From contig JBAZJG010000003.1 in the NCBI GenBank assembly GCA_041651455.1, positions 83,793 through 147,792 on the forward strand: 64,000 nt of DNA, read 5' to 3'. How positions within the stretch are numbered: position 1 is the first letter of the stretch; every line of letters starts with the position of its first letter. Positions 56,010-64,000 of this stretch are shown here, piece by piece. The stretch is from Candidatus Omnitrophota bacterium (lineage in GTDB: Bacteria > Omnitrophota > Gorgyraeia > Pluralincolimonadales > Pluralincolimonadaceae). The position numbers and the translations under genes were made by a program. The notes beneath the pieces were generated by a model. The model did no database searches and was not told the DNA's origin. It saw nothing but the letters and a program-made list of their open reading frames with translations.

Positions 56010-56713
56010 AGAAGCGCGGGCTGACGGATTCTTTCAACTATGCTATAGAAGGGCTCAAGCATACTCTTAAGACCCAGAGGAACATGCGCATTCATTTTTT
56101 TGTCGGCGCTGCGGTGCTGTTCCTAGGGATCGTACTGAACTTGACCACCGTTGAATTCATCCTGTTACTTAGCGCCGTCACTATGGTCATCGTGGCGGAG
56201 ATGTTCAATACCGCGCTCGAAATTACGGTCGACATATTCACGAAGGAATTCCACCATATGGCAAAGATGGCTAAAGACATCGCGGCCGGATGCGTATTCG
56301 TAGCGTCGATCTATGCGATAATAGTAGGATATCTTGTCTTCTTTAAGAGCTTGAAGATACTAAACCTGTCGGACGCGATGCTGAGGATAAGGCAATCGCC
56401 GTGGCATGTCACATTTATCGCGCTGACGATCCTGATGTCACTGGTCGTTATCCTGAAGCTCATCCTGCATAGAGGTACCCCTTTCAGGGGGGGATGGCCC
56501 AGCGGGCACTCGGCTTTCGCTTTTTCCGTGTTCACGATAACTTCATTCCTAGCCGACAATGTCATAATCGTATCTCTCGTATTCCTGATGGCGGTACTCC
56601 TCGCCGTATCGAGGGTAAAGAAGGGGATACACACGACGTGGGAAGCCATAGCGGGTTCGATGCTGGGCATACTCGTGACGCTATGCGTATTCCAGCTTTT
56701 GTACAGGAGCTGA
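56006..56713 (+). CDS. dgkA: Fusion of diacylglycerol/undecaprenol kinase (DgkA-like N-terminal half) with a PAP2-family lipid phosphatase (C-terminal half).
   Basis: DgkA motifs (…VAEMFNTALE…, …AKDIAAGCV…) in residues ~10–120. PAP2 motifs K-x6-R/TP-like (KLILHRGTPF), PSGH (WPSGHS) and SR-x5-H-x3-D/E (SRVKKGIHTTWE) in residues ~130–235. Confidence 0.75.
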   Translation: MKKRGLTDSFNYAIEGLKHTLKTQRNMRIHFFVGAAVLFLGIVLNLTTVEFILLLSAVTMVIVAEMFNTALEITVDIFTKEFHHMAKMAKDIAAGCVFVASIYAIIVGYLVFFKSLKILNLSDAMLRIRQSPWHVTFIALTILMSLVVILKLILHRGTPFRGGWPSGHSAFAFSVFTITSFLADNVIIVSLVFLMAVLLAVSRVKKGIHTTWEAIAGSMLGILVTLCVFQLLYRS

Positions 56714-56714
56714 C

Positions 56715-57371
56715 ATGTTAAAATCAATGAGAAGGAATTTCCTTGCGGGAGTCGTGGTCATAATCCCGGCGCTCGTTACATACTGGCTGATCGTGTTCGT
56801 GCTGACACCATTCGACGCTCTTTTCATCAGGCGCATAATGGTGAAGCTCGAGCCGTACTACAGCGGTGTCGTCAACGCCCATATAGTAAAGGTGGGGCTT
56901 TATGCCGCAGTCATCGCGTTGATTATATTCATAGGTTTTGGGACCAGGGTGCTTGTCCTGAAAAAACTCTTCTCATATTTCGAAAGGAAGTTCTCCCAGG
57001 TGCCGATGCTCGGTAAGGTGTATTCTGCAACGAGGGAGATCAGCCAGGCCTTCCTCGGCCAGTCGAAAGGGATCTTCACGAGGGTCGTTTTGGTGCAGTT
57101 CCCCCACAAGGGGATTTATGCGGTGGGATTCGTGACATCAGAAGGCAAGGGAGAGGTGCAGGATAAGACGCTTGAAAGGGTAATTAACGTCTTCGTCCCC
57201 ACAACCCCGAACCCGACCTCAGGATTCCTGCTTCTCGTGCCGGAAAAAGAGATGATAAGTTTGGATATGAGCATCGATGAAGGACTGAAACTCGTGATAT
57301 CCGGCGGCATAGTCCCGCTGCCCGACAGCGTCGCAATAAAAAAGAAGACGAATGGCGATACAGACGACTGA
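56715..57371 (+). CDS. DUF502-family membrane protein.
   Basis: Two N-terminal TM helices followed by a conserved soluble domain (…QFPHKGIYAVGFVT…NVFVPTTPNPTSGF…). 218 aa. Confidence 0.6.
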   Translation: MLKSMRRNFLAGVVVIIPALVTYWLIVFVLTPFDALFIRRIMVKLEPYYSGVVNAHIVKVGLYAAVIALIIFIGFGTRVLVLKKLFSYFERKFSQVPMLGKVYSATREISQAFLGQSKGIFTRVVLVQFPHKGIYAVGFVTSEGKGEVQDKTLERVINVFVPTTPNPTSGFLLLVPEKEMISLDMSIDEGLKLVISGGIVPLPDSVAIKKKTNGDTDD

Positions 57372-58026
57372 GGCGATCGTCCTTAACAGGCGCGACCTCA
57401 GGGAGACAAGCATCATCGCGACCTTCTATTCGAAGGACTTCGGGAAGATAAAGGGCGTCCTGAAGGGGATACGAGGCGACCGTTCGAAATACGGAAGCCA
57501 GGCCGAGCTGTTCGGGCTTAACAAGATAGTGTTCTATGAAAAATCAAAGAGCGACTTCCAGAATATAACGCAATGCGACCTTCTGGACGGTTGCTTCGGC
57601 ATACGCAAAGACCTTTACGCGATAGCTTATGCATCTTACCTCGCGGAACTCGTGGATGAGCTTACCGAGCCCGCCGAGAGGAACGAGGAGATATTCGGCC
57701 TGCTGCTCGGATGCCTCAGGATGCTTGCGAAAAGTATGGAGCCGGTGAAGATCGTGCGCATCTTCGAGATAAGGTTCCTGACGCTGCTCGGGTTCGGGCC
57801 GTCCGCGGAGGGATCATCGGTAGGCCATGTAAAGGTGTCGATGGGCACCGCGCAGACGTTCAACCGGCTAAAGAGCGCGGATTGGGACTCGCTGTTGAAA
57901 TTCAGGATATCGAAGCCGGTGTCGGACGAACTTGGCCCGTTGGTCGACAGGATGGTCGCGTCGCACCTCGAGAGGCCGCTGAAAACAAAAAAATTCATAA
58001 GGGAGCTGCAAAGGTTAAAGAGATGA
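57352..58026 (+). CDS. recO: DNA repair protein RecO.
   Basis: N-terminal OB fold (…[34 protein letters not shown]…) and C-terminal helical domain. 224 aa. Confidence 0.85.
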   Translation: MAIQTTEAIVLNRRDLRETSIIATFYSKDFGKIKGVLKGIRGDRSKYGSQAELFGLNKIVFYEKSKSDFQNITQCDLLDGCFGIRKDLYAIAYASYLAELVDELTEPAERNEEIFGLLLGCLRMLAKSMEPVKIVRIFEIRFLTLLGFGPSAEGSSVGHVKVSMGTAQTFNRLKSADWDSLLKFRISKPVSDELGPLVDRMVASHLERPLKTKKFIRELQRLKR

Positions 58027-58886
58027 AGAAAAAGACGATGACTTTCCAGGAACTTATAATGGGCCTTGAGAGGTTCTGGGCAGGCAAGGGATGCCTTCTT
58101 GCTCAGCCCTGCGATACCGAGGTGGGGGCCGGGACGTTCCACCCGCTGACTTTCCTGCGCAGTTTGGACAAGGACCCGTGGAACGTGGCTTTCGTCCAGC
58201 CGTCTAGGCGTCCGACGGACGGCAGGTACGCCGATAACCCTCTGAGGGCGCAGCATTACTACCAATACCAGGTCATACTCAAACCGGCCCCGGCAAATGT
58301 CCAGGCGCTGTATCTCGAGAGCCTGGAGAGCCTCGGCATAGACCTGAAGAAACATGATTTCAGGTTCGTCGAAGATGATTGGGAATCGCCGACGCTCGGC
58401 GCATCCGGGCTCGGATGGGAAGTGTGGCTCGACAGCCTCGAGGTCACGCAGTTCACATATTTCCAGCAGGTCGGCGGCATCGAGCTCGACGTCATACCCT
58501 GCGAAATAACATACGGCCTCGAAAGGATAGCTATGTTCATCCAGGGGCAATACGATTTCTATAAGCTTAAATGGGACGATAAGCATACTTATGGCGATAT
58601 ACACAGGAAAGACGAGATGGAGTGTTCGAAATACAACTTCGAAGTAAGCGACCCGAAGATGTACATGGAGCTGTTCAATACCTATGAAAGGGAATCGAAG
58701 AGGCTGCTCGCGGAGAAACTTCTGACCCCCGCATACGAGTTCATGCTGAAGACATCGCATGCGTTCAATATGATGGACGCGCGCGGTGCGGTCAGTACGA
58801 CAGAGCGCCCGACATATATCGCGAGGGTAAGGAACCTTGCTAAATCCTGCGCGATGCTATACCTGGAGAATACGGACAACAAATGA
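58023..58886 (+). CDS. glyQ: Glycine–tRNA ligase alpha subunit.
   Basis: …[19 protein letters not shown]…, highly conserved GlyQ core. The start is M105 of the track ORF, overlapping the recO stop (ATGA). Confidence 0.9.
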   Translation: MKKKTMTFQELIMGLERFWAGKGCLLAQPCDTEVGAGTFHPLTFLRSLDKDPWNVAFVQPSRRPTDGRYADNPLRAQHYYQYQVILKPAPANVQALYLESLESLGIDLKKHDFRFVEDDWESPTLGASGLGWEVWLDSLEVTQFTYFQQVGGIELDVIPCEITYGLERIAMFIQGQYDFYKLKWDDKHTYGDIHRKDEMECSKYNFEVSDPKMYMELFNTYERESKRLLAEKLLTPAYEFMLKTSHAFNMMDARGAVSTTERPTYIARVRNLAKSCAMLYLENTDNK

Positions 58887-61003
58887 AAAAAAAGAACGTA
58901 ACGCAAACGGACCTGCTTCTTGAAATCGGGTGCGAAGAGCTCCCGGCGGGCTATATACCTCCGGCAACGGAACAGCTCCGTTCATCCATTGAGGCCGGCC
59001 TTAAGGACGCGCGCATCGGTTTCGGAAAGATTGTATCCTACGCCACGCCGGTAAGGTTGATCGTGCTTGCGGAAGGGATCTCTGCCCGCCAGGAATCCCA
59101 AAGGGAAAAGATCAGCGGCCCGTCCAAAGCGGCGGCATTTGACAAAGACGGCAGGCCTACACAGGTATGCCTAGGGTTCCTGAGATCCAAGGATGCGCGC
59201 ATAGAGGATATTAAAATAGAGGATACACCAAAGGGTGAGTACCTTTTTATAGAGCGCGCAATGGAATCGCTTCCCGCAAAGAAAGTGCTGGCTGATATGC
59301 TCCCGAAACTTATCGGCTCGCTTCGGTTCCCGAAGGTAATGAAATGGGAATCCGGGGGAGTAAGGTTTGCCAGGCCCGTAAGGTCTATCGTTGCGCTGCT
59401 CGGGAGCGAGGTCATACCGTTCAGGTTCGGAACCCTGCAATCGTCTAACCTGTCCCGCCTGCCCAGGTATGAGAGCGCCGGGATGGGGCCGGTTAAAATC
59501 AATTCCGCGAACGATTATTTCCTTAAGATGAAGAAATACGGAGTGGAGGCCGACGGAGACAAAAGAAGGGCCTCGATAGAAACTATGCTCAAGAACGCTG
59601 CCAAGGCGGAAGGGGCCTCGGAGGACTTTAACGCGGCGCTATTGGAGACGGTCTCGTACCTGTCCGAGTCGCCTTCGGGATTCACGGGGAGATTCTCCAA
59701 GGACTACCTCGACCTGCCGGTCGAGGTTCTTGAGAGCTCCATGGCAAAGAACCAGAAGATATTCCTGCTTAAGGACAACAAGGGAAAAGCCCTTCCTGTC
59801 TTTGCGGGCGTCCTGAACGGCAAGCGCAAGGATATATCCGGTATACGCGGGACATTCGAGGCGATCCTCAACGCCAAGCTCAAGGACAGCATGTTCTTCC
59901 TGAAGGAGGACCTGAAGACAAAGCTCGAGGACAGGATAGACCTGCTGAAAGGCGTGGTATTCCAGGCGAAGCTCGGGACTATGCATGACCGCGTCGGCAG
60001 GATACGCGAGTTATCGCGCTTTATCGCGGATACGCTGAAGGTCCCCGATGATGAAAAGAAGAAGATAGAGATGGCGGCGCTGCTCTGCAAGGCCGACCTC
60101 GTCACCTTGATGGTAAAGGAGTTCCCGGACCTGCAGGGTATCGTAGGAAGGGAATACGCGAGGAGGACGGGCGAGGACAAGGAAGTCGCGAAAGCGATAT
60201 ACGAGCATTACCTGCCGAAAGGGCCGAACGACCCGCTCCCTTCGGGAAATATACCGTGTATACTCGCTATAGCCGACAAGGTGGATGCGATAGCGGGGTT
60301 CTATTCCATCGGCATGCTTCCGACCGGAAGCGAGGACCCTTACGGGATACGCAGGGCATCCCTCGGATTGCTTAAGATACTGTCCGAGAAGAAATACCCG
60401 TTGTCGCTTGACGCCCTTCTGGACAAGGCGGCCGATCTTTACGGCGATAAGGTGGCCTGCGACAGGAAGCTCGTAAAGTCGCAGATACTGGCGTTCATGA
60501 GGGAAAGGTTGAAGAATATTTTACTGGACAAAAAGTATAAAGATGATATCATAGACTCTGTTTTGTCGCCGGGAATCGGGAGCTTTGACCGGCTCGGCAA
60601 GAAACTCGAAGACCTTTCCTCGATATCCCAAGCCAAGTATTTCCTGGAGGCCGCGAAAGTCGTTGAGCGGATCTCCAACATACTGAAGGGCGCCAAGGAC
60701 TTCAGGCGTGAAGACGCCAAGGTCAGGGCCGAGCTGTTCAGGGAACAGCTGGAGAACGAGCTCTGGGATATCTACGGGAAGCAGAAAGAGAAGATAGAGG
60801 ACAGGATAGAGGCGGGAGATTATGCCGGCGCGACAAAGTTGTACGCGGAGGCCTTCTCCGGGCCGATACACCTGTTCTTCGAGAAGGTCACCGTAAATGC
60901 CGATGACCAGGCCCTGAGGCTGAACAGGCTTTCGCTTCTCAGGGCGATACAGGCCGTATACGCAGACAAAGCGGCCGATCTTTCAAAAATAAGACTGCTG
61001 TAA
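58883..61003 (+). CDS. glyS: Glycine–tRNA ligase beta subunit.
   Basis: [18 protein letters not shown]… N-terminus, HD-like and anticodon-binding regions. 706 aa. ATGA overlap with glyQ. Confidence 0.9.
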   Translation: MKKKNVTQTDLLLEIGCEELPAGYIPPATEQLRSSIEAGLKDARIGFGKIVSYATPVRLIVLAEGISARQESQREKISGPSKAAAFDKDGRPTQVCLGFLRSKDARIEDIKIEDTPKGEYLFIERAMESLPAKKVLADMLPKLIGSLRFPKVMKWESGGVRFARPVRSIVALLGSEVIPFRFGTLQSSNLSRLPRYESAGMGPVKINSANDYFLKMKKYGVEADGDKRRASIETMLKNAAKAEGASEDFNAALLETVSYLSESPSGFTGRFSKDYLDLPVEVLESSMAKNQKIFLLKDNKGKALPVFAGVLNGKRKDISGIRGTFEAILNAKLKDSMFFLKEDLKTKLEDRIDLLKGVVFQAKLGTMHDRVGRIRELSRFIADTLKVPDDEKKKIEMAALLCKADLVTLMVKEFPDLQGIVGREYARRTGEDKEVAKAIYEHYLPKGPNDPLPSGNIPCILAIADKVDAIAGFYSIGMLPTGSEDPYGIRRASLGLLKILSEKKYPLSLDALLDKAADLYGDKVACDRKLVKSQILAFMRERLKNILLDKKYKDDIIDSVLSPGIGSFDRLGKKLEDLSSISQAKYFLEAAKVVERISNILKGAKDFRREDAKVRAELFREQLENELWDIYGKQKEKIEDRIEAGDYAGATKLYAEAFSGPIHLFFEKVTVNADDQALRLNRLSLLRAIQAVYADKAADLSKIRLL

Positions 61004-61037
61004 AACCAACATATAACGAAAGGAGCAATTCGCGAAG

Positions 61038-63806
61038 ATGGGGAGTAAAAAGACTGCGGCGAAGGCATCAAAAGGAATGAGAAAATACGTTTATTCTTTC
61101 GGCGGCGGCAAGGCCGACGGAAATGAAAGCATGAAGAACCTGCTGGGCGGCAAAGGCGCCAACCTGGCTGAGATGGCGGGGCATAAGGACCTGAAGCTTC
61201 CGGTCCCTCCCGGATTCACTTTGTCCACCGAGGTCTGCACATACTATTACGCGAACAAGAAAAAATATCCTGTTGTGCTGGACAGCCAGGTAAGGAAAGC
61301 GCTCGCGCAGGTCGAGAAACTCATGGGCAGAAAGTTCGGAGACCCGTCGAGCCCCCTTTTGGTGTCGGTCCGTTCGGGCGCGCGTAAATCCATGCCGGGC
61401 ATGATGGAGACGGTCCTGAACGTCGGGACCACCGAGAAGACGATCCCGGGCCTCATCAAGCAGAGCGGCGGGAACACACGGTTCGTCTATGACGCTTATC
61501 GCCGTTTAATAATGATGTATTCCGACGTAGTCATGGAAAAGGCCGCAGGTATAGAGCCCGCCGACGATATGGGCATCCGCAAGCAGCTCGAGCGCATAAT
61601 GGACAAGCTCAAGAAGGAGAAGGGCTATACTAGCGACACCGACATGACCGCGGACGACCTGAAGGTCCTCTGCAGCCAGTTCAAGTCGAAGATAAAGGAA
61701 GTGCTGAAGAGCGAGTTCCCGGACGACCCGATGGAACAGCTCTGGGGAGGCATAGGGGCCGTATTCGCGTCATGGAACGGCAAGAGGGCCATCAGCTACC
61801 GCCGCATAGAAGGCATCCCGGATGAATGGGGAACGGCCGTAAACGTCCAGACGATGGTATTCGGAAACATGGGCGAGGATTCCGCCACAGGCGTTGCTTT
61901 CACGCGCAACCCGGGCAACGGAGAGAACGGGTTCTACGGCGAGTTCCTGATAAACGCGCAGGGCGAGGATGTCGTCGCGGGTATCCGGACCCCTGCACCG
62001 GTCAACACCTACTCGAAATCCGAACACAACAAGTCGCTTAAGACGCTCGAAGAGGTCATGCCGAAGATCTACAGGGACCTGGTCGATATCCGCCGGCGCC
62101 TCGAGAAGCATTACCGCGATATGCAGGACATAGAGTTCACGATAGAAAAGGGCAAGCTTTTCATGCTCCAGTGCCGTTCCGGAAAACGCAACGGGCCGGC
62201 CGCGGTGCGCATGGCGGTGGATATGCTTAAGGAAAAGCTCATCTCGAAAGAGATAGCCGTAACTCGCGTTACGCCTTCCCAGCTCGATGAGCTGCTCCAT
62301 CCGGTCATCGACCCGAAGGTCGAGGTCGCGCACAAGCCGATGGCAAAAGGCCTTCCGGCAGGGCCGGGCGGCGCGTGCGGACAGATAGTCTTCTCTGCCA
62401 ACGATGCCGTTGAATGGAAGAAGCAGGGCAAGAAGGTCATACTCGTCCGCGAGGAGACCAATCCCGAGGATGTCGAGGGCATGAGGGCGGCCGAGGCAAT
62501 ATTGACTGCGAGGGGCGGCATGACCTCCCACGCGGCGCTCGTAGCCCGCGGCTGGGGCAAATGCTGCATAGTCGGCTGCGGCGGACTCCATGTAGATTAC
62601 CAGAAGAAAGAGGTCAGGTCGGAAGGCAAGACTCTTAAGGAAGGTGACTGGCTGACCCTTAACGGCACGAAGGGAAACGTCTATGAAGGCAAGCTGCCGA
62701 TGATGGACGCTTCCGAAGAGAACCAGCTTCTCGATTCGTTCCTGAAGGTATGCGATTCGATAAAGAAACTCGGTGTCAGGACAAATGCCGATACACCCGA
62801 AGATGCGAGGAGAGCGCGCCTTTTCGGCGCGGAAGGCATAGGCCTCTTCAGGACCGAGCATATGTTCTACGGCAAGGGTTCCGATGAACCGCTGTTCATA
62901 TTGAGGAAGATGATAGTCTCCAGCACCCTTGACGAGAGGAAGAAAGCGATAAACGAGCTCTTCCCGTTCGTCAAGAAGGACATCAAGGGAACTATCGAGG
63001 CGATGGACGGGTATCCGGTCGTCATAAGGCTGCTCGACCCGCCGCTGCACGAGTTCGTGCCGCGCGAGCAGGACAAGCTCGAACAGCTCGCCAAGGACCT
63101 CAACATATCCATGGAAGAGCTTTCAAAGCGCGCGGAAGGATTGCATGAGTCGAACCCGATGATGGGACACCGCGGCGTACGCCTCGGCGTGACCTATCCG
63201 GAAGTAAGCGAGATGCAGATACGCGCCATACTCGAATCGGCGGCCGAATTGGTAAAGGAAGGCAAGAAGCCTTACCCGGAGATCATGATCCCGGTCGTCT
63301 GCGACGTAAAGGAGCTTGAGGACCAGCTGGTAATAGCCAAGAGGGTATATGCCGAGGTTCTCGAGAAATACAACCTGAAATCGCTGAAGCATATGTTCGG
63401 GACGATGATAGAGATCCCGAGGGCCGCGATAGTCGCGGACAAGCTCGCGACGGTCGCGCAGTTCTTCTCGTTCGGTACCAACGATATGACCCAGATGGGA
63501 TTCGGCTTCTCCCGCGACGATATCGGCGGGTTCCTGCCGGATTACCTGAAGAAGGGCATCCTGCCGGACGACCCGTTCCAGACGATAGACCAGCAGGGTA
63601 TCGGCGAGATCATCAAGATAGGCATAGAACGCGGAAGAAAGGGCCGTAAGGACCTGGAAGTAGGCATCTGCGGAGAGCACGGCGGAGACCCGCGCTCGGT
63701 GGAATTCTGCCACAGGGCAGGGATGGATTACGTCAGCTGCTCGCCGTTCAGGGTCCCGATAGCCAGGCTTGCGGCGGCACAGGCAGTACTGACAAACAAA
63801 AAATAA
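61038..63806 (+). CDS. ppdK: Pyruvate, phosphate dikinase.
   Basis: ATP-grasp N-terminal domain, phospho-His domain (…GGMTSHAALVARGWGKCCIVGCGG…) and PEP-utilising TIM barrel (…GICGEHGGDP…). 922 aa. Confidence 0.95.
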   Translation: MGSKKTAAKASKGMRKYVYSFGGGKADGNESMKNLLGGKGANLAEMAGHKDLKLPVPPGFTLSTEVCTYYYANKKKYPVVLDSQVRKALAQVEKLMGRKFGDPSSPLLVSVRSGARKSMPGMMETVLNVGTTEKTIPGLIKQSGGNTRFVYDAYRRLIMMYSDVVMEKAAGIEPADDMGIRKQLERIMDKLKKEKGYTSDTDMTADDLKVLCSQFKSKIKEVLKSEFPDDPMEQLWGGIGAVFASWNGKRAISYRRIEGIPDEWGTAVNVQTMVFGNMGEDSATGVAFTRNPGNGENGFYGEFLINAQGEDVVAGIRTPAPVNTYSKSEHNKSLKTLEEVMPKIYRDLVDIRRRLEKHYRDMQDIEFTIEKGKLFMLQCRSGKRNGPAAVRMAVDMLKEKLISKEIAVTRVTPSQLDELLHPVIDPKVEVAHKPMAKGLPAGPGGACGQIVFSANDAVEWKKQGKKVILVREETNPEDVEGMRAAEAILTARGGMTSHAALVARGWGKCCIVGCGGLHVDYQKKEVRSEGKTLKEGDWLTLNGTKGNVYEGKLPMMDASEENQLLDSFLKVCDSIKKLGVRTNADTPEDARRARLFGAEGIGLFRTEHMFYGKGSDEPLFILRKMIVSSTLDERKKAINELFPFVKKDIKGTIEAMDGYPVVIRLLDPPLHEFVPREQDKLEQLAKDLNISMEELSKRAEGLHESNPMMGHRGVRLGVTYPEVSEMQIRAILESAAELVKEGKKPYPEIMIPVVCDVKELEDQLVIAKRVYAEVLEKYNLKSLKHMFGTMIEIPRAAIVADKLATVAQFFSFGTNDMTQMGFGFSRDDIGGFLPDYLKKGILPDDPFQTIDQQGIGEIIKIGIERGRKGRKDLEVGICGEHGGDPRSVEFCHRAGMDYVSCSPFRVPIARLAAAQAVLTNKK

Positions 63807-63818
63807 CAACGAGGGAAA

Positions 63819-64000
63819 ATGGAGCCGATCAAAGCGTATCTAAAAGAGATAGAGAAGATACCGCTTTTGACCGCCGAAGAAGAGATCGAGTTGGCTAAGC
63901 TGGCCAAAAAAGGCGATGTCAAGGCGGAGAAGAGGATGATACAATCGAACCTCCGTCTTGTAGTCAGTATCGCGAAGAAATACAGCTACTTCGGCGTGCC
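63819..64000 (+). CDS. rpoD: RNA polymerase sigma-70 family primary sigma factor, N-terminal fragment; the 3' end is outside the window.
   Basis: Region 1.2/2.1 signature …[21 protein letters not shown]…[16 protein letters not shown]…. It lies downstream of glyQS, as the dnaG-sigA region does in Firmicute-like arrangements. Confidence 0.85.
   Translation, partial: MEPIKAYLKEIEKIPLLTAEEEIELAKLAKKGDVKAEKRMIQSNLRLVVSIAKKYSYFGV

Overview
This 64 kb window is a bacterial chromosomal segment of about 55–58 % GC. Every confident gene lies on the + strand, and most are core housekeeping loci.

Features in order along the window:
- **1–225:** the 3' end of an outer-membrane beta-barrel gene.
- **243–6926:** a giant 2227-aa secreted protein with two FecR domains and a G/Y/D/N/W-rich degenerate repeat body.
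- **6929–20661:** a small lipoprotein, trpB-trpA, manC-like, ruvX, an M16 peptidase, a phosphohexomutase, lepA-lepB, pgsA-plsY-gpsA, tRNA-Pro(GGG), then hom-thrC.
- **20658–28217:** an ApgM-like gene, lysC, cimA-like, valS and nadC.
- **28189–37326:** a secreted discoidin-domain protein, uvrB, birA, two inserted genes and coaX.
- **37334–39741:** a CIRCE-controlled groES-groEL-groES operon.
- **39742–42298:** a low-GC island carrying a PHP-phosphoesterase::ABC/SMC-type ATPase fusion plus a small translationally coupled ORF.
- **42299–64000:** IMPDH-like/guaA, dnaE, HU, hisS, aspS, a LysM lipoprotein, phoH-pgpH-ybeY-dgkA::PAP2-DUF502-recO-glyQ-glyS, ppdK and the 5' end of rpoD.

The most interesting locus is the low-GC PHP-ATPase island at 39742–42298. 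It looks like a horizontally acquired anti-phage-type ATPase-nuclease module with an undescribed small partner gene.

Other notable points are the modular giant FecR protein, the groES duplication, and a nadC with no canonical start codon. A PGM-like gene sits in the threonine operon and is a probable non-orthologous homoserine kinase. There is a DgkA-PAP2 fusion, and a pseudopilin-tailed membrane protein interrupts the birA-coaX pair.

No CRISPR array, transposase or integrase was seen. All coordinates are anchored to the supplied ORF track. Motif positions I read by eye may be off by ±1 nt.
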